Origin: the human T2T-CHM13v2.0 reference genome, Homo sapiens
Assembly (NCBI RefSeq): GCF_009914755.1
Contig: NC_060939.1
Direction: 5' to 3' (one strand)
Length of the DNA: 64,000 nt
Shown: piece after piece, positions 29,173 to 42,911 of the stretch
Layout: every line of letters starts with the position of its first letter
Numbering within the stretch: position 1 is the stretch's first letter
Made by a program: the position numbers and the translations under genes
Notes under the pieces: generated by a model
Seen by the model: only the letters and a program-made list of their open reading frames with translations
Told to the model about the DNA's origin: nothing
Database searches by the model: none

Positions 29173-30056
29173 AACAGGCAAGGAATATATTAGCTTGATA
29201 ATTATCTTTAGCTGTGACACAAAAAGTGAATACATCCTTCACATTCTGTCATCATGTAGGAATGGAGAAAACTATAAATATGTAAAAATCTTTGAGACCA
29301 TATTAATGATGGATTCCATTAAGCCCTGGACATTTTGGTGTAACAGTTCCACCTGACAGCTACACCAATCCCAACCACACCATGAAGGGAAGAAACACAG
29401 ATCCAGTACAGATTGATGGTTCAAACTTACTGCCTGGATGCAAGGTGCCCAGAACAGGCATTTCTAACTCCTTCTGGCCAGGGATGAAATGTGAGACCTT
29501 TTGTTACTTTTGAGACACAGAGTTCAACTCTTGCTCTCACATGTTCCTGCAATTGTAGAATATTTTAAAGATTAAAGTCATGGTTCTTTAACATCACCTG
29601 TAGTTCAGGGGCCCAGACCTGTCCTGTTAAATCCCCTGACACAAGGCAAGTGCTGCTTCAAGATTCCTTTCTTATCTGTCAAGGTAAACAAAACAAAACA
29701 AAACCAGACTTGTCACGCCAAGCTCATGGAGGATAGACAGAACTCTATAGACAAATTAAAAGTCTATTTATAATCACAGATATGCAATGAACCCAACACA
29801 ATTGATGCTTTATTGCTTATTTGAAGATAAATTCCTATTTCTCCCACCTCTCCCTCTACCCAGTACATTTTAAATGTAATCAGTAGACTTAACAATTTAA
29901 GAGTACCCATAAATGAGGATACTAATAGGAATTAGCTGATTCGTCCCACAGAATCCTGAAAATGCTCATGAATTGGAAGTGCCAAGTATCTCAGAAGGTA
30001 GGGTTGTGTGTGTCAATGTGTGTGTGTGTGTGTGTCTCTGTGTTTGTGTGTATGTG

Positions 30057-30543
30057 TGTTAAATGCACCTGATAGCAATAATTTACGCATACCCTGAGAA
30101 TGACCCTGTATAGCAGGTGCACCTGAATGCGGTTCAGAGTTCCAAGCTAAGGAATGTGGGAGAGGACAACGCAGAGATTCATTCCTTATCTATAAGGAAC
30201 ATCTAGGCCCCATCCTGTCCTGTGGAATGTGAGCTGTACAGAGGATTGAGGCCATTTGTTTTGGTTTAAATGCAAGTTTCCAGGTGGAGCTTATTAGGAG
30301 GCAGGGGCTAAGTGAAAATGCTGTAAAACCTGCATGCTTTTTGCAAGTGGTTGTGATTCTTCTGCTCAGCCTACTGCCCCTGGGTCTCGTGGGGTTCTCC
30401 TGTTCCGCCCACCACCACTGGGCTCTCCCCTGTGTTTAGCCCCCAGTACAACCCCATGTCTTGTTTGCTGGCTCTGGGTCTCTTCTTTGGCCTCTTGAAC
30501 CTGGTGTCATCCCCATTGGAGTCTATAAAGGTTTGGTGCCACA
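30057..30543 (+). mobile_element. LTR47-like solo LTR (preceded by (TG)n at 30005-30058)
   Basis: TGTTAAATGCACCTGATAGCAATAA...GCATACCCTGAGAATGACCCTG. Confidence 0.78.
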
Positions 30544-30876
30544 GTGTGTAAAAAGCAAAGTCGAGGGACTGTTTGAAAGCCTGTATAAGCAACAGTTAGA
30601 TTCCCAGGTTACTATCCACACTGTAAGGAGTCAGGTCCTACGTCTTCCCAGTACTAGTAGTGGAGGAGATACTTTGAAACTGAACTAGGAATAGAGAAGA
30701 GTGAAGATGAGATGACCCATTTGAAACAGAGTCAGTGATCTGCATTTGAAATTGTAAAGCCTTTTTCAAGTTCCCCTACTGAATTTCAGAATAACAATAA
30801 CCAATCATACAACCACAAGCAGGATGTGGGGAGATGAACCACCTCAGAAAAAATACAGCGTCTCTCTAGAGACATT

Positions 30877-31505
30877 TGACGCAAGAAAATAGGGTCTGGA
30901 GGTAGGGAACCTAAGGCCAATTCCCACTGACTTCCTAGAACTGTATCAAAAGGAAAACCCCGACTTTCCACATCTAAGTAACAAAGAGACCACAGGCTAC
31001 TCCCTTTGCAAACCACCCCCTCTTTCCTGCATGGCAGATGGAAAATTTAAAATACTTCTGATTGGTTGCTTTCCACAATCAGACTGATTGGTAGCCAAGT
31101 CTTCATTTGCATAGAAGTATAACTTTGTAACTTCACTTTAGCCTGTGATTGGTTGTTTTCCACAACCAATCAGATGTTTGCATAGAGTGTAACCGTTTAA
31201 CTTCACTTCAGCCTTTGATTGATTGCTTTCTGCAACCAATCAGACTGATGTGGGCCACTACTTCATTTGCATGAGGTATACACCAAGTGGCCAATGGAAA
31301 ACCTCTAGTGAATATTTAAACCCAGAAAATTATGTAACTAGGCTCTTCAGCTCCTGTGCTTGGGACGCTCCATCTCTGTGGAGTGTACTTTCGTTTTCAG
31401 TAAATCTCTGGTTTTGCTGCTTCATTCTTTTCTTGCTTTGTTTGTGCATTGTGTCCAATTCTTTGTGGAAGATGCCAAGAACCTGGACACCCTCGACCAG
31501 TAACG
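30877..31505 (+). mobile_element. MER51-like solo LTR (ERV1) with tandem CCAAT repeats
   Basis: AATAGGGTCTGGAGG.AGGGAACCTAAGGCC start; repeated GATTGGTTG...CCAATCAG; 4-bp TSD CATT. Confidence 0.85.
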
Positions 31506-33252
31506 CATTGACCTTTGGGGCTACATGAAGAAAAAGCCAGCTGGCCACCTGATTTCCCTGGAGTGTACTATTCATTCACACTTCTTGATTTAGATGTAAA
31601 TATATATACAGTCATAGCAATGAAAAACACTGAAAATGAATTTACCAAAATTTATGAAAAAACTGCATTGGAAGGATGGATTGGGGAAGCTAAGGGAGTG
31701 TAACTCCTCCTCTACCATGATAATAGATAACTTGGATAATTTCTAAAATTGGTGAATAAATAGCAAAGTTGCATATTTAGAAATATGAGGGTAAATGCTA
31801 GAACATGACAAAATTGAAAATAGTTACCTCTAAGGAGCAGAACAAGAAGATGAAGAAAGCAGAGGAATACTGTGTTTTATTACATACTTTTGATGGTTAT
31901 ATGAGTTTTTAAAACATTATGGACGAGTTATTACTTTGAAAGTGACGTGATAGTAGTACGTTAGATTATTGACTTTTCAATTAATACTTTAGAGGTTGCA
32001 TACTTTAAACATGTCATAAATAACTCTGTTCCCTTCCAAAAGGAACCATATTGTTTTCTTTCAGGATGCTTCCTGAAAGTTAACTCTTTCAGGGAAAACA
32101 GAGATTTCCAGGGAGGAAATTCCAGGAAGACATTAGAACCCCAGAAGGGAAGTGGGAAGGCTGTCTTTCTGTAGACGCATCACTCTCTGTATATGAGCTG
32201 GGATACCTTTGCAGTAAATGGCTATTACCTTTCCAGAAATTGAAAAGCAAGTGCTTCGTTATTTAAGAATGTTGTTGAGATGTATTCTGAGGAGATAAAC
32301 TGTGGAATACCCCACAAACAAAAAATAACTTCCTCATTAATTATGCACGGTGAAAAGACTCTTTAAACCTATTTTTAAAACAAATTATCTGTTCATCAAT
32401 ATTAGTTAATGCCCCTGGCAGAAATCAAGACCAGTTACAGATATTAAATAGAGAAAATCTGCCTGGTCAGGAGATATAGGTCAGGCTTAATTATCTGATT
32501 ATTCAGTAGAAAGAGTAATATGGATTATTTAAAGACTCCTTTGAGGCAACACGGAGTTCTCTCTAGAGTCTTCTTCTAAAGAAGTAACTAAATATTATGA
32601 CCTAAGTGGAGATCTGAAGAAACAAGCTGCTAAGCAAAGAAAGTCTTAAAGGTATTCCACTTCCTCATAAATTTACCAAAACAAGTTTTAGTTCAATGAC
32701 TAATACATTCTTGTCTTTCCCTATAAAAGTGATTTCCCAGTTCAAGTAGTGATTCTCTTTAATAAGATCCAGACTATAAATGATCTTAAACCAGAAGAAA
32801 TAACTAAATGTCATGAGGAAATCTCCAGGTCTAGCAATTTTGATAAAGTCTTGAAACCGTGACTTTGTCTAACATCCATCTTTCCACATTGGCTCTGTAA
32901 GACCTAACAGTAGGGAAGTGGCTCATCAAATATGTTGAAAGTCATGACAGTATTCCTGAAGAAATATAACAGGTAAAAACAAAACTGTATCATCAGCAAT
33001 AATTTCAAAGCAAAACAATGCGTCAGCTTGTCTCTAAAAGTGTTCTGGGATAGTATTTAGAGATTTTGACCTTACATTTTTTATCTCATAAAATTATACT
33101 CTAGTTGTTTATGTATTGGATGATGGCATTTGCTATTGAGGGCAGACACTGTCTACAAAGAAATAATTTAATGGAAAGGCTTGTTTTAGTCCATTTTCTA
33201 CTGCTATAATAGAAAACCACAAACTGAGTAGCTTATAATAAACATAAATTTA

Positions 33253-34922
33253 CAGGCATGACCTTGAAGATATTCCAGGTATCTGGAATATCCAGATATT
33301 TGTATATATCCAGACTGCTACAATAAAGTGACTATCACAATAAAGTGAGTCACACGTATTTTTTGATTCCCTAGTGTATGTAAAAGTTATGTTTACACTA
33401 TACTATATTCTATTAAACGTGCAATAGCATTTTGTCCTAAAAGAGTACATACCTTAATTTTAAAATATTGCTAAAAAATGCTGATGATCACCTAAACCTT
33501 CAACAAGTTGTAATCTTTTTGTGGGTGGAGGGTCTTGCCTTGACATTGATGGCCGCTGATGGGTCATGGTTACCGAAGCATGGGGTGTCTGGGCAATTTT
33601 TTAAAATAAGACAACGGTGAACTTTGCCACATCAATTGACTCTTTTTATGAATATTTCTCTGTAGCATGTGATGCGGTTTGAAAGCATTTTCCCTGCAGT
33701 AGAACATTTTTCAAAATTGGAGTCAATCCTCTCAAATCCTGCCCTGCTTGATCAACTAAGTTTACGGAATAATCTAAATCCTTTGTTGTCAGTTCAGCAA
33801 TGTTCATAGCATCTTCACCAGGAGTAGCTTTCATCTCAAGAAACCACTTTTTTTGTCCTTCTGTAAGAAGCAACTCATCTGTTTAAGTTTTATTATGTAA
33901 TTGGAATAATTAAGTTACATCTTCAGGCTCCACTTCTAATTCTAGTTCTCTTGCTATTTCTATCACATCTGCAATTATTTTCTTTACTGCAGACTTGAAC
34001 CTTTCAAAGTCATCCATGATGGTTGAGATCCACTTCCTCCAAGCTCCTGTTAATGTTGAAATTTTAATGTCCTCTCTATGAATCACAAATGTTCTTAATG
34101 GCATCTAGAATGGCAAATCTTTCTCGGCAGGTTTTCAATTTACGTACATTTCCCAGATCCATCAGAGGAATCACTATCTATGGCAGCTATAGCCTTGTGA
34201 AATGTATTTCTTAAATAGTAAGACTTGAAAGTTAAAATTACTCCTTGATCCATGGGCTGCAAGATGGATCTTGTCTCAGCAGGCATGAAAACAACATGAA
34301 TCTCCTTGTATGTCTCCATCAGACCACTTGGATGACCAGGTACATTGTCAATGAACAGTAATATTTTGAATATAATCTTTTTTTTTTCTGAGCAGTAGAT
34401 CACAACAGTGGGCTTAAAATATTCAGTAAACTATGCTGTAAACAGATATGCTGTCATCCAGTCTTTGTTGTTTTATTTATAGGGTGCAGGCAGAGTAGAT
34501 TTAGCATAATTCTTAAGGGCTCTAGGGTTTTCAGAATGGTAAATGAGCATGGGCTTCAACTTAAAGTCAACAACTGCATTAGCCCCTAGCAAGAGGGTCA
34601 CCCTGTCCTTTGAAGTTTTGAAGCCAGGCATTGACTTCTCCTCTCTAGCTATGAAAGTCCAAATGGCATCTTCTTCCAAGAGAAGGCTGTTTTGTATACA
34701 TTGAAAATCTGTGGTTTAGTGTGGCTACTTTCATCAATGATTTTAGCTAGATATTCAGGATAATTTGCTGCAGCCTCTACATCAGCACCTGCCACTTCAC
34801 CTTGTACTTTTATGCTATGGAGATGGCTTCTTTACTTAAACCTCATAAACCAACCTCTGCTGGCTTAAACTTTTCTTCTACAGCTTCCTCACTGCTCTGA
34901 GGCTTCATAGAATTGAAGAGAG
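33253..34922 (-). mobile_element. Tigger1 DNA transposon, 3' portion with decayed transposase
   Basis: TA|CAGGCAT terminal repeat; DDE transposase remnants ([35 protein letters not shown]) in broken - strand ORFs 33646-34679. Confidence 0.93.
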
Positions 34923-36407
34923 TTTAAACCAAATCAGAGGATCACAGTTTAGCTTTATAAAAGGTAACCATAGAGAAGGGAACAATACAGACTATGACTC
35001 ATGGGCAGTTCCCCCATGTCCCTTCCAGGCAGGAAAACCAAAGAAACTTTTACCGAGCTGGGAGAGAGGAATGAGAGAAAGAATAAGAGGAGAGCAAGAG
35101 CTAATGTGCAGCCTGGTCCCAGGCTCCTGTAGTCAAACCCCTGGTAGGGGAACAGGTTGATGGAGCTTGGTTCAGTCATCAGAGCAGAAGGAGTGTATGC
35201 CCCACTTTCCACGCTGAACTGTAGGAGGGAACCCCGTGCACAGTGTCCCATGCCATGACGGGTAGCCTCAATAGAGGAGAAGTGGTGCCATAATATATTT
35301 GGTAGATGAAGAGAGCTTGAGTTATGCCCCACTGGTCTTCCATAACCTGAAAGAGACTTATGAGTTCCTGAGTCAGCCTCAAGTTGGGAGAAAAAACAGG
35401 GTACACAGACCCGTTGTGCTACCTGGAGGCAGATGAAGAATAGCTGGTGGAAGAAGAAATAAAGGAATGTGGAATACTATATTGAAGCCTTCGTTCTTGG
35501 ACCCTGAATAGTTCAAAGAACTAAACCTCTTTTGAGAGAGATACAGACACAAAGCATCAAGCAAAGTCATAAAGTAACTCAGGCCATAAGTGTGGAGGCT
35601 TAAGGGACATTTGGAAAGACTGAGTTTTGGAGAAAGACAAGATTTTATAGCTAGGCTTGAAAGAGAACACGTTGTTAGTGATGCAGAAGCTGAAGCTGAC
35701 TTGGGAGATATGGGCAGAGAGGAAACGAGGAGAGGACCACACCAGCCTAAGAGGGCCTCAGCACAGGATGTGTCCATAGCCAGCCAAGGAGCGTTCTGTC
35801 TCTAGCAGAGAGGAGAGGAGATTTCAGTTTAGGAATCAGCCTACACTTTTTTTTTGCTCTTAAAGATAGCTGCTTACCCCTGTTGATGTAAATCAAGGGC
35901 CACCACGCACACTGCACACTATGTACAACCCTGTGAGGGAGTGATGCATGCGCAGGGTAGGATAAAAATGATCCCCCTAGGGCTGTAAGATGCACTCTTC
36001 CTGCACAACTCTGCCTGAGGGCCTTGCCTAATGCATGCCTTGAACTCATCCCCCATCAAGGGAAGCTCTGTCTGCATCACGACTGAAGCTTCCTGAGGGT
36101 AGGGTCAGCAGGAGAATGAAGGAAAGCCACCGATGAAGGGATGTGAGAATTTTACTGAAGGCCAAGGCCCCATAGGTAACCCTAAAGGGATTGCAAAGAG
36201 ATATATTCTACACAGAGGCCTTCTTGGAAGTGGGGACATCTAGATCAGAATAAACATCTTTGTGGGGATCACAGGTCCCCATAAAGGAAAATAAATGAAT
36301 TTGGAATTTTGGATAACTTGGAAAGTTTAAACCAAGTTATCAAGTTATCTTTCCCAAAATGATATTTGTTGCCCAGTGATTGTTCACCCATTAGAATGGC
36401 ATTCTTT

Positions 36408-36710
<303 letters not shown>

Positions 36711-36783
36711 GAATGGCATTCTTTGCTTCAGGGAAAGGCTGATTCAGCCTGTAACAAAGAAGGCAATTGAAGGGCTGAAAAAC

Positions 36784-36850
36784 TGTGTGTGCATGCGTGT
36801 GTGTGTGAGTGATCTCTGTGTGCATGTGTGTGTGTGTGTGGTCTGTGTGT
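36784..36850. repeat. Imperfect (TG)n
   Basis: Interrupted TG run. Confidence 0.9.
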
Positions 36851-38245
36851 TTAAACTCAGAGCAGGCATTCTTGACCGAAACCCTGCACATGCAATAGGT
36901 TTGAAGTCAGATGCAAAGAAATGTAAGTTTATTTGTCGATAAAAATAGCCCCTAATTTCTACAAATGGTAGAAACATTTCATTCTGCCCCATGAAGATAA
37001 AAAACATCCAGTTTAAAACCTCATTTCTTTTGGAAAAATAACCAATTCAGAATTCAAATTTAATTAATTCGAAGTCAAACTCGATGCTTAGGCTTTAAAA
37101 AATCTCCTTTTCCCTTTGCCCCAGAGGTATGCTGTGAGTGCAGGTGGCAGGTGGCATGTATCCAGCACTGCACTGTGGAGAGGAGGGCCTGAGCCTCTGT
37201 GACCTCCACTCCTTGCTGGCCTCAACCAAGGTGTCTGTCTCTCCTGTGTGCACCACTGGCTACTGCTCCTGCCAGCCTGTGCTGTAGAGGCCTGTGGTGC
37301 TTGTGCTGAACTCCTGCTCAAGGTGTCTGCCCTCCTTAACTAGAATCCAGTTCTCGGGGCCGTGGCCCTCTCAGAGGCTGTGCCTCCTGCACAGAGGCAC
37401 GTGGCCTCTGGAGCTCACCCATGATACACACAACACCAGAATCCCCATGGAAAACCACTGTCCTAGAGTGCTGCTCTACTTCATTCCCATGTCAGTGTGG
37501 GGCATTGTTTAAGGCAGGGTCCTTCAAAATTTCCAGATGGAAATGGTACATCACCCCCCAGAACCGTCCCCAGCCCTAACCTCTAGAGGAATAGCCAAAG
37601 TCAGATTCTCCCTCCCTACCCAGCCCCATTCACAGAGTTGGAGAGCCCTGTCCTCCTCAGACTCTCTCCAAATGAGAAAGGGTTTTTATTGCCTTTTTTT
37701 CTGTGACAGCAAGTGGCCATGACCTCATGTTCTCTACTCTATGGTTTACATTAAAAATTCTTAACTTAGCCCTCTATGCTTTGGATCTAGATATTTAAAA
37801 GCAATGTTTTGCAAGTGAAAAACAGAACAAAACCGTGTTCCATCTCAGTTGGCTGGCCTTTGTCATCGGTGTGCAGGTCATCAGCCTGTTCTCCAGTCCA
37901 TCCCTACCCTGCCCCTGCCCAGCATTCTTGTCTGGGGACCCTGATGCTTGCAAACCCCATGGCAACTGGCTCTGGCTGGGATGGCCACTGGGAGATGCTA
38001 GCAGGAGATAAAGACAGGGGTGGCAAAGGAGAAGGCTGGGTATTTCCCTCTACCTCAGTGATAACTCTGCCGGAACTGACCCTGTGGATGCAGCTTCCTT
38101 GTAGGTTCACCATCTGCTCCCTTGTCTCTCCAGTCTTGGTGGTGGTGGTAATCTCTGGGTGACTTTGCCATCCACTCTTTGGTTTCTCACCTCCTCCATT
38201 TCCTTTTTATCCAGTTACCTATGTAATTTTTCTCTAAGTTCTTAG

Positions 38246-38638
<393 letters not shown>

Positions 38639-40625
38639 TGACCCTTTGTATTCCTGCTATAAAAATCCTAACTCTTCTTAAGACAAGGGATGGTAAATTA
38701 GGGGAAAAGTCATGACCAAAGAAGTACAAAAATAAAAAAGCATATTAATATATTTCAAACAATTTCACCACCAGAGCATCCACAGCACTGTATTGTTACG
38801 TGAATAGACATTTTTGCTGCCCAGAATATACGCCCTATATGCTCACAGGGCAGAGTTCTCAGATGTTCCTGTACTCATGTGATCTTTCTTTGATCCTACA
38901 CCATGTCTCTTACCTCTTACTTTTAGCAGATTATATCCCATTCAATAGCATCCAAAAATCTTCTGCTAACTTTTTGGAGAACTCAGGTTAATGAAGTAAT
39001 GGTGTGCATGTTCAGTTGTAACAAACCAGATTTTACACACTAACCAAAATGTGGATTCAGTAAAGAGTTTTAGAATATCAGTGTGTAATGACTGGTAATG
39101 GCTGGTTCAACAAATATACTAAAGTTTGAAGATCCAAATGAGTCCACACAGAGGTCACACAAATCAATTGTCTGTTAGGCCAGACAGGTAATGTACATGG
39201 TGAAGGTAGGTCCTATGTGTTACAAAGGGAGCAGAGGGACTGTGAAATCCAGAGAGGATGTGTGTGATCTCATAGGGAGATTCTCCACCCAGTGTCAGGT
39301 GATTCCAGCATCTGAGAATGGGGACCCATTATGATGCAATTTTTGAATTTTTAAAGAGAAGCCAGAAATCTAGACTGTATGTGAAAATCTCATGACTTGT
39401 AAAGTAATATCAATTAACTAAAATTTTTTTAAAACATTGTGCAAATTTAACAAAATCTGTCTTGAGCTACATAGGACCCCAAGTCAGCAGCTTGCAATCT
39501 CTATCCTAATTTGACATTTTACACTGCAGCAGTATACATGATATGCTGAAATAAGGCTGCCTTAACATTATAAAACTTGCTGACTGATGTTTTAGACTTA
39601 CCTTCATAATATGGCATAGTTTTTGGAAGATTCTCATTAGTATGAAATCTATATCCTCTTTTCATGGTGGGCCAAATTTGTAAAAATAGCCAAAAAATAA
39701 CAATAACATGTATACCTTTTATAATCAGAAAAAATTTAGCCCACCATTAAAGGAGGATATGAAAGCTAAATTTGGTAGGCCAAATTTTTTATCCAGAAAA
39801 GTATTCCAGTAACTTCCCATTTCTCTTGGCTCCCAAGCTACATGTATCTAGCACAATGCTAGAGATTCAAAAACATACTCAAAAAATCCCTGACTTCAAG
39901 AAATTCCCATTCTACTCCTTCCAATAGGTAGAAGGCCTATGACTGTGGCAGCAGGGCATTCCAACTGCCTGAGGGAGGGAATGTGGAGGAGCCTGGTTCA
40001 TTTATTTAAAGCATTATAGCCCAGTACTACATCTCAGATCTTATCTCTGCCAAGAAAGCTGCACTGTCATGCTTTTCTGCCTGTGTGTTTGTGCATTACT
40101 CTCCACTTCAGCCTATTGAAACATCACTTTAACTTCAAATCTCAAATACACCATATCCAAAACTCTGCTAACTTTTTGGAGTTATTCTTTAAATTTCCAT
40201 AGAACATTTTGTTTGTATTTTGACATTTATATTCTGCTTCGAAATACAGATTCTTCCATTCTTGTCTTATCCTTCATAGACCATAAAGCCACTTCAGGTA
40301 TCATCTACATATGGTATTTCAGCACTGGCAGGGCCTAGCAGACAAAGTGGGCACTCTTAAGATTTGTTTTGAGTTGCTTAGAAGACGCATTCTCCATCTA
40401 GTGGTAAAACTGAAAAACTGCATGTAACTTTTGCCTTCTCTAACACAATTATGATATAAAACTGGAAGTAATACCAAATAATTTTTTAAAAATAGTACCT
40501 CATTGATACTACAGATTGTTCAAGTCTTAATCTATTTTGATAAAACTGTGAAAAAGTAACTATGTTACTTTTCAAGCTGACATAAATCTTTCTTACAGCA
40601 TATTTGATTAAAACACTTTATCTAA

Positions 40626-40800
40626 GCTGGGAGTGGTGGTGCCTGCCTGTAGTCCCAGCTCCTCAAGAGACTGAAGTGGGAGGATCACTTGAGCCCAGGA
40701 CTTCAAGGCTGCAATGTGTAGTCATTATGCCTGTGAATAGCCACTGTGCTCCAGCCTGGGTAACAAAGTGAGATCCCTTCTCTAAAACAAACAAACAAAA
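40626..40800 (+). mobile_element. FAM (fossil Alu monomer)
   Basis: Monomer retaining the 7SL-type GCCTGTGAATAGCCACTG; degenerate TSD ACTTT.TC.AA. Confidence 0.75.
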
Positions 40801-40825
40801 CTTTGTCCAAGAAATTTCTCTAGAT

Positions 40826-41163
40826 CAGGGGTCCCCAAACTCTGGGCCGTGGACCAGTTCTGGTTCATGGCCTGTTAGGAACTGGGTGGCACAGCATGAG
40901 GTGAGCTGCGAGTGAGCATTACCACCTGAGCTCTGTCTCCTGTCAGATCATCAGCAGCATTAGATTCTCATAGGAGCACAAACCCTATTGTGAACTGCAC
41001 ATGTGAGGGATCTAGGTTGCATGCTCCTTATGAGAACCTAATTAATGACTGATGATCTGAGGTGGAACAGTTTCATTTTGAAACTCCATCACCACCCGCA
41101 AATGGTGGAAAAATTATCTTCTAAAAAACCAGTCTCTAGTGCCAAAAAGATTGGGGACTGCAG
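40826..41163. mobile_element. MER1B (hAT-Charlie)
   Basis: CAGGGGTCCCCAA...TTGGGGACTGCAG; perfect 8-bp TSD CTCTAGAT. Confidence 0.9.
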
Positions 41164-41265
41164 CTCTAGATGATAAAAGGTGAGAAACACAATCATCACA
41201 AGGTTCCTTTAAATAGGTAAGTTTACTTTTTATATCAAGTGTAGACATGGATTTGTCACTACTGA

Positions 41266-41588
<323 letters not shown>

Positions 41589-41838
41589 TGACTCATGACT
41601 AAAGGTAGATATTCTCAGACTCTTCTAGTTCAGCAAACTTATATTTGTGGAATTCATGAACTAAAGGATTCTCTACAATATCTGGTTCTTAGTAGAATTC
41701 GAGCTATTAATCACTCAAGGTTAATTCCAGAGAAGTTAAGTCTAATTGTAAAAAATGTACATTTTTACAGCAGTGTTTACAGTAGGATTGGCAGTAGCTG
41801 GGGGCCTGCCCAGGAATCTAGGGGTCTTACTTGACTGA

Positions 41839-42284
<446 letters not shown>

Positions 42285-42424
42285 AAACATTGGTATTTTT
42301 TTAAAACTGGCTTCCTAAAAAAAGAAAAAGAAAAATTAAGGTAGTTTTGACATTCAGGCTGAAATAAAATGATGATACAGTGCTGTCATGAGCTGAATTT
42401 TTAAATGTCATGTATTATGTAGAC

Positions 42425-42811
42425 CAGCTATCCCCAACCTTTTTGGCATCAGGGACCAGTTTTGTGGAAGACAATTTTTCCATGAACAGGGATGGGGGTA
42501 AGGGGTGCGAGGGGTGGAGGTTGGAGGAGGGGTGGTAGTGGTGAATGATTTGGGATAAAACTGTTCTACCTCAGATCATCAGGCATTACTTAGATTTTCA
42601 TGAGGAGCGCGCAACCTAGATCCCTCGCATGTGCAGTTCACAGTAGGGTTCACGGTCCTATGAAAATCTGATGCCTCGGCTGATCCTCACAGGAGGCGGA
42701 GCTCGGGCAGGTAATACTCGGTTGCCCGCTGTTCACCTCCTGCTGTGTGGCCAGGTCCCTAACAGGCCACTGACTAGTACTGGTCCACAACCCAGGAGTT
42801 GGGGACCCCTG
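42425..42811. mobile_element. MER1B (hAT-Charlie), opposite orientation to the 40826 copy, with G-rich expansion
   Basis: 8-bp TSD ATGTAGAC/ATGCAGAC. Confidence 0.88.
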
Positions 42812-42911
42812 ATGCAGACAATCATTCTAGTTTTGTTCTGTGTAGCTCTTATATTCTTAAGCAAAAAATGTCTGGCATTAACTACAATTATTGTGGTACA
42901 GTTTGCCCATG

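Noticed and set aside
33646-34679. Domesticated TIGD-like transposase gene
   Set aside because: Multiple frameshifts, the 5' half is missing and the terminal repeat is present, so this is an ordinary Tigger1 fossil.
34950-36300. ORFs of 100-132 aa in a purine-rich stretch
   Set aside because: No recognisable domain and overlapping ORFs on both strands; probably an old unassigned LTR-like sequence that I cannot name.
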